Assembly: GCA_033763695.1 (NCBI GenBank)
Contig: JANRKB010000031.1
Span: forward strand, 81 to 64,080
From: Planctomycetota bacterium
Lineage (GTDB): Bacteria; Planctomycetota; Phycisphaerae; Phycisphaerales; UBA1924
Length of the DNA: 64,000 nt
Direction of reading: 5' to 3'
Position 1 is the first letter of the stretch, and every line of letters starts with the position of its first letter. Shown here one piece after another: positions 1-9,405 of this stretch. A program made the position numbers and the translations under genes. Below the pieces are notes generated by a model, which saw only the letters and a list, made by a program, of their open reading frames with translations, made no database searches and was not told the origin of the DNA.

Positions 1-47
1 TGATTCGCGGCGTTCCACGCGGGTGTGCGGTGGCGCGGGCCTGAGCG

Positions 48-305
48 TTAGTCCTGGTGGCCACGCTTGGCGGGGATCACACCGGCGGCGATCACCGCGG
101 CAAACAACAGGGCACCGCCAAGGTACATCATGATCACCGGCGCGTCGTCGAACTTGTTGTTCAGCGACGGGGGCAGCGGCGGCGTCGGGGCGTTGGACTC
201 CTGGCCCATTGCCGTGCCGGCCACAGCCATCCATCCGCACGCACCTGCGATCAGGTTGCAGGCGTGCCGGTGCATCAGTTTCACGATCGTGCCGCGGGTC
301 TTCAT
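48..305 (-). CDS. small hypothetical membrane protein (N-terminal hydrophobic segment, Pro-rich linker, C-terminal TM helix followed by a short basic tail KRGHQD)
   Basis: ORF 48..425(-) trimmed to the first ATG (MKTRGTIVKL...). It has two hydrophobic segments and no recognisable family. Confidence 0.3.
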   Translation of the reverse strand: MKTRGTIVKLMHRHACNLIAGACGWMAVAGTAMGQESNAPTPPLPPSLNNKFDDAPVIMMYLGGALLFAAVIAAGVIPAKRGHQD

Positions 306-433
306 GGCGTGGTCCTCTGGGGGGGATGTTACGGCAGGGGGGCCAAGGGGGCAATGCCCTGCCCGGAGGACCGAGTGCTGGCGGGGCTGGGTCCGGCGGT
401 GTTCGGTTCGCCCGGTCGGTACCATCGGTTCCG

Positions 434-1270
434 ATGGCCTTGGTCGCGACAGACATGTCGTTCGCTTATCCGGCGTCGGGCCGGACCACGCGCGGGGGCG
501 GGGCGGCGGCGCCGGTGCTGGCGGGGGTGTCGCTGCGGCTTGCGCCGGGGCGGCTGACGGCGATCATCGGCCCAAATGCTGCGGGCAAGTCGACGCTGCT
601 GAAACTGCTCTTGGGGCTGATGCGGCCGACGGCGGGGCGGGTAGAGCTTGATGGCGCGGGGCTTGAGGCGCTGTCGCATGGGCGGCGGGTGCGTGCGCTG
701 GCGTACGTGCCGCAGAGTTCGAGCCTGGCGTTCTCGTATGCCACCCGCGATGTGGTTGCGATGGGCCGGCTGGTGGAGGGCGGCTCTGGGTCGGCCGAGG
801 CGGTGGACGCGGCCCTTGCGCGGGTGGACATGCTGGCGCAGGCGGACGTGCCCTTTGCGCACTTGAGCGCGGGCCAGCGTCAGCGGGTCACGCTCGCGCG
901 GGCGCTGGTGCAGCTGGAGCTGGCGTGCGAAGGGACGCGTGTGCTGCTGTGCGATGAGCCGGTGTCGGCGATGGATCCGCGGCACGCGCTTGAGGCCATG
1001 AGCCTGCTTCGAGATTTGGCGGTCCGCAAAGGAGTTGCGGTGGGCGTGGTGCTGCATGATTTGTCTGCCGCACTGCGATTCGCCGATGACGCCGTGGCGC
1101 TGGGTGCCGATGGCCGCGTGCTGGCTGCGGGGCTGGCGGCGGAGGTGCTGCGGGCCGAGGTGCTCGAGCGGCTCTTCGGCGTCGCGTTTGTGGTGGTCCA
1201 ACAGCCGGGCGTGCGGGCGGTCGTGGTGGGTGAGGCGTCTGGCACGCTCGACGCGCCGGCCAGCCAATGA
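434..1270 (+). CDS. ABC transporter ATP-binding protein, iron-siderophore/hemin/cobalamin (FecE/FepC/BtuD-like) type
   Basis: Walker A GPNAAGKST, ABC signature LSAGQRQRV and Walker B LLCDEP are present. The start is trimmed to the ATG at 434 inside TTG-initiated ORF 209..1270. Confidence 0.85.
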   Translation: MALVATDMSFAYPASGRTTRGGGAAAPVLAGVSLRLAPGRLTAIIGPNAAGKSTLLKLLLGLMRPTAGRVELDGAGLEALSHGRRVRALAYVPQSSSLAFSYATRDVVAMGRLVEGGSGSAEAVDAALARVDMLAQADVPFAHLSAGQRQRVTLARALVQLELACEGTRVLLCDEPVSAMDPRHALEAMSLLRDLAVRKGVAVGVVLHDLSAALRFADDAVALGADGRVLAAGLAAEVLRAEVLERLFGVAFVVVQQPGVRAVVVGEASGTLDAPASQ

Positions 1271-1350
1271 TTCGACGATCGATCGGAGAGGCTTGCGGCG
1301 TGTGCCGCCGCGGGCAAGTGAACTGCGACTGACGTGCGAAGGAGCCGACC

Positions 1351-2133
1351 ATGAACAACCAGCTGTATGTGCTCTTGTTCGTGGTCGCGGTGTCGGTCAT
1401 TCGCATCATCGTGCAAAACCTGCAGGAGCAGGCGGCCAAGAAGAAGGCGCAGGAGCGCAAGTTGCGCGAGCAGGACGAAGCACTGCGTCAGGGGCCGTCG
1501 GCACAGCGTCAGGCGGAAGAGGCCGAGCGTCGGCGCGGCGACGAGATGATCGCGATTCCTGGGGCGCAGTCGTCGTCGGGCGGCACGCAGTCGAGTGATC
1601 CGCTGGCGGATCTGTTGCGACGGATTCCCGGCGGCCCGGGCACGCCGGGCACGACGGTGCCGATGCCTCCGCCGCGGCGGGCGTCGAAGCCGACGGAACT
1701 GGAGCGCGCGCGCGAGGTGGGTCGTCGTCGGGCCGAGGCGACGCGTCGGAGCGAGGACGCACGCGCCAAAGCGCAGACCACGGCGAATCGGGCGGCAGGG
1801 AATCTGCCGCCCGAGTTGCGACCGGCTCCGGTGCCGACGCGTGCGAGCCAGCAGCCCGCGGCCCAGAACCGACCCCAAGGAAGGCCGCAGAAGCAAGCCC
1901 AAAGCCGGCCGGCGAAACCCCAGCGTGCTCAGGCGCTGGTGACGGAAGAAGAACTTGATGAGCGGCGGCAGCATGCGCGGCAGATCGAGCTGGCGGGGGC
2001 CAAGGCCGAGGCGCAGGTCGCCAAGCCGCGCGGTGCGATGATTGGCGGCACGCGGATGACGGCGCGGGAGTGGCGTCGGGCGATCGTGGTGCGCGAGATT
2101 CTGGCTCCGCCGCTGGCGCTGCGCGAGGAATAA
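1351..2133 (+). CDS. hypothetical membrane-anchored protein (N-terminal TM, Arg/Gln/Ala/Pro-rich low-complexity coiled-coil region)
   Basis: ATG is preceded by GAAGGAG. There is one TM helix, then a charged low-complexity region. Confidence 0.5.
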   Translation: MNNQLYVLLFVVAVSVIRIIVQNLQEQAAKKKAQERKLREQDEALRQGPSAQRQAEEAERRRGDEMIAIPGAQSSSGGTQSSDPLADLLRRIPGGPGTPGTTVPMPPPRRASKPTELERAREVGRRRAEATRRSEDARAKAQTTANRAAGNLPPELRPAPVPTRASQQPAAQNRPQGRPQKQAQSRPAKPQRAQALVTEEELDERRQHARQIELAGAKAEAQVAKPRGAMIGGTRMTAREWRRAIVVREILAPPLALREE

Positions 2134-2135
2134 AG

Positions 2136-2175
2136 AAAACGGCAACGCTCGCGCGATGCCGTTTGGCGTTTTGCT
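2136..2175. terminator. stem-loop AAACGGCA..TGCCGTTT followed by a T-rich run, lying between convergent genes (candidate bidirectional rho-independent terminator)
   Basis: An 8-bp inverted repeat with a 12-nt loop, then GGCGTTTTGCTC. Confidence 0.4.
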
Positions 2176-2218
2176 CTCGTGTTTGCGTCGCGCCATCGAA
2201 TCGGCGCGGCCGGGGCGA

Positions 2219-3550
2219 TTACCAGTACAGCCCCTCGTACCCGCCGCCCGCCTTGCGGAGTTCGGCGACGTTCATGAGGTCGATAACGCGCTGGCCGGGC
2301 TTGAAGTTCACGCCCGCCCACGTCTGCGGCTTGAGGCGATGGCTGACGATCAGCACGTCGGCCCAGCCGATGACCTCGCTGAGGTTCTGGGTCATCAGTT
2401 CGGTGAGGTGCGGCACCATCTGGAACGCGAAGCTGCGGTTGGCGCCGACGAGAGCCTGCACCGACAGGTGTTCGTCATAGATCTTGACCGGGTGGCCCTT
2501 GCCGGTGAGCTGCTGGACGACTTCGACGATCGGGCTTTCGCGGACGTCGTCGGTGCCCTCTTTGAAGGCCAGGCCGATGATGCCGACCTTGGGGCGGCTC
2601 TCGCTGATCACGCGCTTGAGCAGGGTCTTGATCTGCACTTCGTTGCTGTCGATCGCGCCCGCGAGCATGGGGAGCTTGGTGGCGGTGTCGCGGGCGGCGT
2701 CGAGAATGCCGCGGAGGTCCTTGGGCAGGCATGAGCCGCCGAAGGCGAAGCCGGGCTTGAGGTACTTGGGGCTGATGTTGAGCTTGGTGTCGGCGCAGAA
2801 GACGTCCATGACGCGATGGCTGTCGACGCCGAGCGTCTTGCAGATCATGCCGATTTCATTGCCGAAGGTGCACTTGATGGCGTGGAAGCAGTTGTCGGCG
2901 TACTTCACCATCGCGGCCTCTTCGGGCGAGAGGAAGAATGTCGGGCAGGTGCCCAGGCCCGGGTGGTTGGTGGTGGGGTACATCGTCTTGCAGATCTCGG
3001 CGGTCTTGGCGTCGGTGGGGCCGAAGACGATCTTGGGAGGGTTGTAGAAGTCGTAGACGCTCACGCCCTCGCGCAGGAACTCGGGATGGCAGACGTAGCC
3101 AAGGCCCTCGCCGAACTTTCGGCCTGAGGACTGCTGCAGGATGTCCATCAGGCGGCGATGGATGTTGGGCAGGCTGGTGGAGCGGCTCATCACGATGTAG
3201 TGCGGCTTGTTGTGGCGGCGGATCGCTTCGCCGATCTGGGCGCACACGGTCTCGAGGTAGACGGCGTTGACGCCGCCGCTGGGCGTGCTGGGCGTGCCGA
3301 CGCAGACGAGCGCGGCGTCGGAGCTCTTGATGGCATCGTCGGCGTCGGTGGTGGCGCGGAGCAGGCCGTTCTTGATGGCCTTCTCGAGCAGTTCGGGGAG
3401 GCCTTCTTCAACGATGGGCGGCTTGCCCGCGTTGATGAGGTCCACCTTCGCCTTGGAGACATCGCACCCGATGATCGTGTGGCCCAGATCGGCCAGACAG
3501 CCGCACGACACCGCACCGACGTAGCCGAGACCGAAAACTGCGATCTTCAT
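2219..3550 (-). CDS. nucleotide-sugar 6-dehydrogenase, GDP-mannose 6-dehydrogenase (AlgD)-like / UDP-glucose dehydrogenase family
   Basis: N-terminal GLGYVG Rossmann motif, VCVGTPS, NPEFLREG, and GFAFGGSCLPKD with the catalytic Cys. It aligns along its full length to AlgD, including the C-terminal ...GLYW. Confidence 0.9.
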   Translation of the reverse strand: MKIAVFGLGYVGAVSCGCLADLGHTIIGCDVSKAKVDLINAGKPPIVEEGLPELLEKAIKNGLLRATTDADDAIKSSDAALVCVGTPSTPSGGVNAVYLETVCAQIGEAIRRHNKPHYIVMSRSTSLPNIHRRLMDILQQSSGRKFGEGLGYVCHPEFLREGVSVYDFYNPPKIVFGPTDAKTAEICKTMYPTTNHPGLGTCPTFFLSPEEAAMVKYADNCFHAIKCTFGNEIGMICKTLGVDSHRVMDVFCADTKLNISPKYLKPGFAFGGSCLPKDLRGILDAARDTATKLPMLAGAIDSNEVQIKTLLKRVISESRPKVGIIGLAFKEGTDDVRESPIVEVVQQLTGKGHPVKIYDEHLSVQALVGANRSFAFQMVPHLTELMTQNLSEVIGWADVLIVSHRLKPQTWAGVNFKPGQRVIDLMNVAELRKAGGGYEGLYW

Positions 3551-3845
3551 GGCGAACCCTCAAAAATGCCGACCGACCCGTCGCGGCGCGGCACCTTTGG
3601 CCGCACCCGGGTCTGGACTGTAGATCGGCAGAATCCCTGCTTGATGTGATCGGCGCAAAGACTTTCCGCCGCCCGCAACGGAACCGGCCCGGAGAACTTC
3701 TAGGAGCGACGAACCATTGGGTCGCCGACGCCCTACACATGCCAGACGAAGCGTGCCAGACGGCATAGACCAGATATGCTTGCTCGCGCCAGCCTGGGTG
3801 GAATCTCAGCGGCTTGGCCACGCCACACGAGTCAGGGAGCGACGG

Positions 3846-4184
3846 GTGCAGATCGCGCGGAGCGCAAGTTTGACGGTTTTCACGGCATTGGCGACCCTTT
3901 GGGCCGGCCTGCTCGTGGTTCTGGGCATGTGGGTGATGTTCAGCCTAAGCCAGCGCATGCCGCTTCTGGCACCCGTGCTGCAGTGCGGCGGGTTGGCCGC
4001 GGTTGCGGGCGGACAGTTTGTGTTCATGGCATGGGTGGCTGACCGATTGCTCCCGGGAGCGGCACGCCGCGTGGTCGGCCCGCTTGAGGTGTTCAGCTTC
4101 CTCGTCTTTGTCGGGGGGCTGATTGGCACCGTGTGGTTCCTGCTCGGGCCGATTGCGGCTCCTGCGGGCGGAGGCGGACACTGA
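3846..4184 (+). CDS. small polytopic membrane protein (3-4 TM helices)
   Basis: GTG start preceded by GGGAG. The protein is hydrophobic. Its stop overlaps the next gene's ATG (TGATG). Confidence 0.45.
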   Translation: MQIARSASLTVFTALATLWAGLLVVLGMWVMFSLSQRMPLLAPVLQCGGLAAVAGGQFVFMAWVADRLLPGAARRVVGPLEVFSFLVFVGGLIGTVWFLLGPIAAPAGGGGH

Positions 4185-6829
4185 TGGCGGGCGCATCTCG
4201 TATCGAACTCTCGAGCAACGTTCGCCAGGCCGGAACTTCGGCGCGGCGTCACGCGCCGCTGTGGTCGCTCGCCGCGTTGCTCGCGGCGTCGGCGGGTCTG
4301 ACGTGTGCGAGCCTCGCCTTGGCCCAGCCCGAGGCGGCGAAGGGCAACGCTCCGGCGATTGATGCGGACGTGGCGGCCGTGCAGGCCAAGGCCCGCGCGC
4401 TGCTGAAGGACTACACGTCGCGAGCGATTGTGCGGCTGGGACTGCTCGATCTGCGGCTGCGGCCCGACCCGACGCCCGAGGACTATCGCATCGCCGCGCT
4501 GGTGATGAGCATTGGTGATGGCATCCAGCCGGGCGAGGCAGAAACCCTGCGGCGGATTGCCGATTGCTCGTGGAATGGAACGGACGAACAGGCCGCCATC
4601 GATGCGACCACGCGCCTGGTGCAGGCGGACCCCACGGATCGCGTCGCGATTCTGCGCGTGGTGTCCGCGACGATCGCGCGGATGCAGACGGCGGAGGAGC
4701 GGCTCGCGGCGTACGAGAAACTGCTGGGCGCGGGCGGCGCGCGTCTGCCCGCGGTGGTGCGCAGCCGCCTTGCGCTCGATTGTGCACTGCTGATGCGCGA
4801 GCGTGGCGACGAGCAGGGGTTCATCGATCGCCTGCAACAGGCGACAAGTCTGGATGCGACCAACAAGGAAGCCGCGCTGCTCGCGTCGGCGTATTACGCC
4901 GAGCGTTCCACCGATCCTATGGGGCGGCTGGAGATGCTCGCGAACCTGCTCTACAGCGACCCGATGGACCCGGGTGTACATGACCAACTCTCGGCGAGCC
5001 TGGCGCAGGGCGGCGCGTTTGTCGGTGCGAAGCGTCTGTGGAACAACGCGCGGACGCTGATGGCCCAGGGGGCACGCGAACGCGGTTATGACGCCGAGGT
5101 GCGCTCGCTGGTGCATGATTGGCTCGCGGGTGGCGCGACGGACATCGTGCGCACGCTCAACAAGCGGCTCGCCGCCGATCGCGAAGTGAAGGCGCGGCAG
5201 ATCGAGGCGCAGACGCGCAGCGGCGTATCGCTCACGGATGCGGGCAAGGTGGAGGATCAGCGGCTGGCGCAGCCTGTCGATCGCGTGCGTGTGCTCGCGG
5301 CGCTCGCGAGCGGCGATCGCATTACGTATGAGACGGGCTGCGTGGATATGGCGCGCTCGGGACTGTCGCTGCTCAAAGAGGCGAACGACCCGCAGATCGA
5401 ACTGCTGATGCCGCGCGATGAGGCGCTGGCGTTTGCGCAGCGTGCGCAGGTCACGGCGGAGCTTGTCGCGGCGATCTGCGGCGTCACCGGGCCGGAACTC
5501 ACGGAGAATCTCACGAGCATCGAGAGTTCGGGCCTGGCGGATGATCCGCGACTGGCGGTCGCGCGGGTGGCCCGCGCGCTGGAGACGCTGGGCACCGAGG
5601 CCGCGATGGGTGAACTGCTCAAGGTGGATTTTGCCGCCGACGAGAGCGGCGAAGCGGAAGCGGCGGCGTCGATCTTGGTCGCCGAAGCGTTGAAGAAGCA
5701 GAACAAGCGTGAGCAGGCCGCGGGCGTGCTGCGCCAGACGGCGCGGAAGCACATCCTGCTGCCGATGGGGGCGCTGGCGTGGAATCGCTATCAGCAGATC
5801 AAGGGGCCGGATGAGCGATTGACGGCGCAGGCGGCGGCGATGGATGCGTTTGCGGACAATGTGCCGCGCTGGATTGATCAGGCGATCAACGACCCGCGCT
5901 CGATGATGGCGTTGGACGTGCAACTTGAGAAGACGACGCTGCCCGCGCTGCAGCGGCCGGTGGCGAAGGTGCGGATTCGCAACGTCTCGCCGATCCCGCT
6001 GTCGCTGGGGCCGGATCGCACGATCAACAGTCGCTTGATCTTCGCACCGCGGATGGATGTCGGCATCGCCGCGATGGGCCAGCTTGCGCTGCCCGAGATC
6101 GTCGAGGCTGATCGTCGTCTGCGGCTTGAGCCGAACGAGACGCTGGAGTTTGATGCGTTCCCGGACATCGGGTTCACGGGCTGGCTGAGCGAGTCGGCAT
6201 GCGCGGACGTGGTGCGCTGTCGCTGGCGCGTGCTGCAGGGCTTCCGCAGCAATGAACAGGGCGTCATCGAGCAAGGTCCCGGGTGCCTGAGCACCGAGAC
6301 GGCGGCGCTGGTGAAGAACCCGCTGCCGGAGGCGACGCTTGATCCGGCGGAGCTGCCCGAGCGCGTACGCACCCGCGATGAGTCGGAACTGCTGCCGATC
6401 GCGGTGGTGCTGCGGGCACGCACGATGTCGCTGGGCGCGATCAAGGAAGACGACAAGGATCGCGGCGCGCTGGTTGATCAGGCCAAGGCTGTGATTACGG
6501 CGTTTGTTGAGCGCTATCCGACGCTCAGCCCGCTTGCGCGGCAGATGTTGCTCGCGGTGCTGCCGCAGCAGACCCAGTTCCCCGCGATGGCGGACTTTGA
6601 TCGTCTCTCGCTGCAGGAGCAGGATCCGAAGGTGCTGGCGATCGCGCTGGTGACGCGATGTGCCGATCCGGCTGATGCCGCGCTGGCCGCGGCGGCGGAG
6701 TCGGCGGATCCGACGCTGCGCGAAGTGGCGGGGTTGCACAAGGCGAGGCTGGCGGGCGCGGGGATGTGTTACGCGCGGCTGACGCCGGATATCACGGCCT
6801 TTAACCCGCCCGCCGAGACCGCGCCGTGA
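4184..6829 (+). CDS. large secreted all-alpha (helical repeat-like) protein, function unknown
   Basis: Signal peptide MAGASRIEL..LALAQ, 881 aa, Ala/Leu/Arg-rich helical composition. It is translationally coupled at both ends (TGATG at 4184, GTGA at 6826). The antisense 1015-aa ORF is an Arg-rich artefact. Confidence 0.6.
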   Translation: MAGASRIELSSNVRQAGTSARRHAPLWSLAALLAASAGLTCASLALAQPEAAKGNAPAIDADVAAVQAKARALLKDYTSRAIVRLGLLDLRLRPDPTPEDYRIAALVMSIGDGIQPGEAETLRRIADCSWNGTDEQAAIDATTRLVQADPTDRVAILRVVSATIARMQTAEERLAAYEKLLGAGGARLPAVVRSRLALDCALLMRERGDEQGFIDRLQQATSLDATNKEAALLASAYYAERSTDPMGRLEMLANLLYSDPMDPGVHDQLSASLAQGGAFVGAKRLWNNARTLMAQGARERGYDAEVRSLVHDWLAGGATDIVRTLNKRLAADREVKARQIEAQTRSGVSLTDAGKVEDQRLAQPVDRVRVLAALASGDRITYETGCVDMARSGLSLLKEANDPQIELLMPRDEALAFAQRAQVTAELVAAICGVTGPELTENLTSIESSGLADDPRLAVARVARALETLGTEAAMGELLKVDFAADESGEAEAAASILVAEALKKQNKREQAAGVLRQTARKHILLPMGALAWNRYQQIKGPDERLTAQAAAMDAFADNVPRWIDQAINDPRSMMALDVQLEKTTLPALQRPVAKVRIRNVSPIPLSLGPDRTINSRLIFAPRMDVGIAAMGQLALPEIVEADRRLRLEPNETLEFDAFPDIGFTGWLSESACADVVRCRWRVLQGFRSNEQGVIEQGPGCLSTETAALVKNPLPEATLDPAELPERVRTRDESELLPIAVVLRARTMSLGAIKEDDKDRGALVDQAKAVITAFVERYPTLSPLARQMLLAVLPQQTQFPAMADFDRLSLQEQDPKVLAIALVTRCADPADAALAAAAESADPTLREVAGLHKARLAGAGMCYARLTPDITAFNPPAETAP

Positions 6830-7773
6830 GCAGGGCAGTGCCCAGCGGTGCACGCCGCGTGTTGATTGGCGTTGTCGTCGCGCTGGTTGCGAGTGCGTTT
6901 GTCGGGGTTGGGGCGTGCTCGCGCAAGGAACCAGAGAAGAAGGCTGCGGCGGGCGAAGTGAACACGCCGCGCGTGGTGGCGCTCAGCCCCGCGATCGCGG
7001 CGATCATGCGCGACGAGGGGTTCGAGCGATTGATCGTCGGGCGGCATGCGTACGACATTGTGCTGCCGCGTGCGATTCCGTCGTGCGGCGAGCAGGGCAC
7101 GCTTGATTACGAGGCGCTTCTCGCGACGCGGCCGTCGCATGTGCTGGTGCAGTGGGGCAAGCAGGAGTTGCCGGCGCGGCTGTTGGAGCTCGGACGCCAG
7201 CAGGCGTGGCACGTTGAAAGCATCGACATCCTGACGCTCGAACAGATCGATCAGGCCCAGCAGCGGGTACACGAGCTGCTTGATCCTGCGCGGCCGGTGG
7301 ATCGGGCGCGATTGACGAGCGCGCGGATTGACGCGCTGAAGGCGGCGAATCCGGATCTTGCGTCGCGCGGGCGGGTGCTGCTCATCGCGAGCGCGGGCGC
7401 GACGTTTGGCGTGCTCGGGCCGGGCTCATGTCATGCGCAGGTGCTTGAGCGACTGGGCGTGCGGGCCGCGAAGATCGACGGCGGGCCGTGGAGCACGATG
7501 GATGCGGAGGACATCTTCGCGCTTCGGCCGGACGGCATCATCGTGATCCAGCCGCGGGCGTGGGGTGCGCCAGCAAAGACGTGGACGCATGATGAAGTGC
7601 TCGGGTTGCTGGCGGGCGCGGCACGGCTGGATCTGGCAGCGATTCGCGAGAAGCGACTCGCCGTGATCGATGATCCGCTGGCGCTGATCCCCAGCACATC
7701 GATGGCGGACTTTGCCGCGGATGTCGCGCGTGCGGTGGGGGCGTGGGGGCCGGTGGAGACGACGGCGCGATGA
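6826..7773 (+). CDS. ABC transporter periplasmic substrate-binding protein, class III (FecB/BtuF/TroA-like; iron-siderophore or cobalamin)
   Basis: Lipoprotein-like signal VALVASAFVGVGAC and PBP-type-III-like layout (VVALSPAIAAIM..., LLIASAGATFGVLGPGS...). Confidence 0.75.
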   Translation: MSRAVPSGARRVLIGVVVALVASAFVGVGACSRKEPEKKAAAGEVNTPRVVALSPAIAAIMRDEGFERLIVGRHAYDIVLPRAIPSCGEQGTLDYEALLATRPSHVLVQWGKQELPARLLELGRQQAWHVESIDILTLEQIDQAQQRVHELLDPARPVDRARLTSARIDALKAANPDLASRGRVLLIASAGATFGVLGPGSCHAQVLERLGVRAAKIDGGPWSTMDAEDIFALRPDGIIVIQPRAWGAPAKTWTHDEVLGLLAGAARLDLAAIREKRLAVIDDPLALIPSTSMADFAADVARAVGAWGPVETTAR

Positions 7774-7865
7774 GGGATGTGGCAGCAGCAGCCCGCACGA
7801 TCACGCGTTTCAGAGCGAACGCGTGATCGTGGCACAAAGGCAAGACTGGCGTCCGCCTTCATTTC

Positions 7866-9233
7866 TCAGTTTTGCTTCTCGATCTTCGCGATGCCGCGGA
7901 TGCCAAGGGTGGCGAGGTGTCCGAGCACCTCGCGCAGGTTGATGGTGATCTGCGTGCCGCTGGTCATGTCCTTGAGTTGGCCGACCTGGTCGGATTCGAG
8001 GATGATCGCGGCGCGGGCTTTCTGATTGCTCGCGTCCTGCAGAAGTTTGCCGATGTTCTTGGTGGTTTTGCCGCTGCGGCGGGCGTGCAGCTGGTGGCGG
8101 CGCAGGAAGGCGAGCAGCGGTTGCAGCGCGGCGTCGGCCTGGGGCGTGCCGTTGCTGATCACGAATACATCAGGCCGCAGCCCGGCCCGCTCGAGCATCT
8201 CTTCATCGCCGGGCAACAGCTTGTTGTCCTGGAGGACGAGCGAGAGGACAACGTCACCCATGCCGAAGCCGACGGCGGGGGTGCTTGGCCCGCCGAAGAG
8301 TTCGATGAGGTTGTCATAGCGTCCGCCGCCGGCGAGCGCGCGTTCGCCGCCGCTGATCTCGTGGACTTCGAAGACCATGCCGGTGTAGTAGGCGAGGCCG
8401 CGGACGACGCGGAGGTCGAGCGGTGGCTGGCACCACGCGAGCAAGCCCATCGCGCGGAGTTCGAGCAGCACCGAGCGATGTTGTTCGAGGGTCTCGCTCT
8501 TGAGGCCGATCGATTCGGGCGTGAAGTTGTCGGGGTCGGTGACGTTCTTGGCTTTCTCGATGATCGCGTCGAACTTCTCGCGGACGTAGAGCGGCACGCC
8601 GCGATGCACGAGGAACGCGTCGTTCTCGGGGCCGCTGCGTTTGGCTTCGCCGTCGAGGTAGGCGAACCACGCGTCGAGTTTGTCTTCGGGCAGGCCGCAG
8701 TGGAGCGCGAGGTCCTTCATGAGGCCGCGATGGCTGATGCGGACGCGGCAGTGCTCGGGCGAGAGGCCGAGCGATTCGAGCAGGCCGACGCAGCAGCCGA
8801 TGACCTCGGCGTCGGCGGTGGGGGAGGGATCGCCGATGATGTCGGCGTTCCACTGGAGGAACTCGCGGAGGCGGCCGCGCTGCGGGCGTTCGGCACGGAA
8901 GAACGGCCCGGCGGTGAACCAGCGGCTGGGCTTGGGCAGGCTGCCGGCCTTGGAGGCGAAGAGGCGTGCGAGCGTGGGCGTGAACTCGGGGCGGAGGGCG
9001 TAGGTCTTCTCGCCGCCGGCGCGCTGGAAGGAGAAGAGCTCGGAGATGATCCCCTCGCCCGACTTGACGGTGTAGAGCTCAAGGTGTTCGAAGGTCGGGC
9101 CGTCGACCTCTTCAAAGCCGTGGCGCAGCGACGTCTGCCGCCATGATTCGGTGATGAAGCGACGTTTGGCGGCGTCGAGCGGGTAGAGGTCGCGCGTGCC
9201 GGTGGGGGGCTGGAACGAATGCTGAGAGGCCAT
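7866..9233 (-). CDS. hisS: histidine--tRNA ligase
   Basis: Class II aaRS motifs TGTRDLYP, ALRPEFT, RAERPQRGRLREF, GGGRYDNL and GFGMGD. Start is at MASQHSF. Confidence 0.9.
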   Translation of the reverse strand: MASQHSFQPPTGTRDLYPLDAAKRRFITESWRQTSLRHGFEEVDGPTFEHLELYTVKSGEGIISELFSFQRAGGEKTYALRPEFTPTLARLFASKAGSLPKPSRWFTAGPFFRAERPQRGRLREFLQWNADIIGDPSPTADAEVIGCCVGLLESLGLSPEHCRVRISHRGLMKDLALHCGLPEDKLDAWFAYLDGEAKRSGPENDAFLVHRGVPLYVREKFDAIIEKAKNVTDPDNFTPESIGLKSETLEQHRSVLLELRAMGLLAWCQPPLDLRVVRGLAYYTGMVFEVHEISGGERALAGGGRYDNLIELFGGPSTPAVGFGMGDVVLSLVLQDNKLLPGDEEMLERAGLRPDVFVISNGTPQADAALQPLLAFLRRHQLHARRSGKTTKNIGKLLQDASNQKARAAIILESDQVGQLKDMTSGTQITINLREVLGHLATLGIRGIAKIEKQN

Positions 9234-9405
9234 AGATGGACAGGATAGGAACGACGCGGCGCGGCCCGCGAGCGGCATGAGCGTGCTTGGGGTGCGGCGG
9301 TTGCTAGCATTTGGGCACCAGGGATTGAGACAGTGGGCGCGGCACGACGTGCACGCCGCCCGCGCGGAACCACCACCACGCCATCAAGTTCAAGGAAGCG
9401 ACGCC

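Noticed and set aside
3806-6853. 1015-aa ORF on the minus strand
   Set aside because: It is Arg-rich, low-complexity translation antisense to the signal-peptide-bearing 881-aa gene, which is a typical high-GC artefact.
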